Assembly: GCA_964016885.1 (NCBI GenBank)
Contig: OZ024741.1
Coordinates: 363,320,001 to 363,384,000 of the forward strand
Source: Eledone cirrhosa
Lineage: Eukaryota
Direction of reading: 5' to 3'
DNA: 64,000 nt
The notes under the pieces were generated by a model. It was not told the DNA's origin. It did not search any database and saw only the letters and a program-made list of their open reading frames with translations. The first letter of the stretch is position 1. Every line of letters begins with the position of its first letter. The translations under genes were made by a program, and so were the position numbers. Shown here one piece after another: positions 63,661-64,000 of this stretch.

Positions 63661-64000
63661 GTAAAACAAAACACAAAAACAAAACAAAAAAAAATGAATT
63701 TATTTGACGATTTCAGAATAAATTCTGAAATCTCAACATTTTCTACATATGTTTAAAACTAACACGTCATACACATTCAAATAAACATTTCATTGAAACA
63801 ACATTACTGAGAGAACTTCCAATATATTTTATAGTTGTTTCTATTTCCGAGGGTGTGTGTTGTAGTACATCAAGTGCATAGAGATTCCAGATCATTAAAT
63901 GGAAGGTTATCTTCAGAGGCCAAACGAAAGAAAGCACAGAAATCTGAAGAAAGTGAAGACATTCGACAGGCATGTCTAGCTTCTAACAGAATGCAAACAG

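Overview
AT-rich, repeat-dense animal genomic DNA. The SINE and RTE families look like those of an octopus or other coleoid cephalopod (inference). The left 38 kb holds one complete minus-strand gene, WDR43/UTP5. I traced 17 coding exons (37897 to 5553; 1890 nt, 629 aa) with consistent splice phases, one GC-AG intron and a compact E-box/NRF1/ETS/YY1-type promoter. Its introns carry three related piggyBac copies, many TTAA-flanked MITEs, tRNA-derived SINEs, a truncated RTE LINE and a Penelope fragment beside a minimal hammerhead ribozyme motif. The right 26 kb has no recognisable host gene and is filled with decayed retroelements: RTE, CR1-like, Penelope, two CRE-like pieces, a Tx1/L1 piece, foldbacks and a complete two-LTR retrotransposon. 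The most striking observation concerns that LTR element. It has no canonical TGG primer-binding site; instead the 12 nt directly after its 5' LTR are the exact complement of the 5' end of tRNA-Phe, suggesting priming by a 5' tRNA fragment. All coordinates were read by eye, repeat boundaries are approximate, and no database searches were run.
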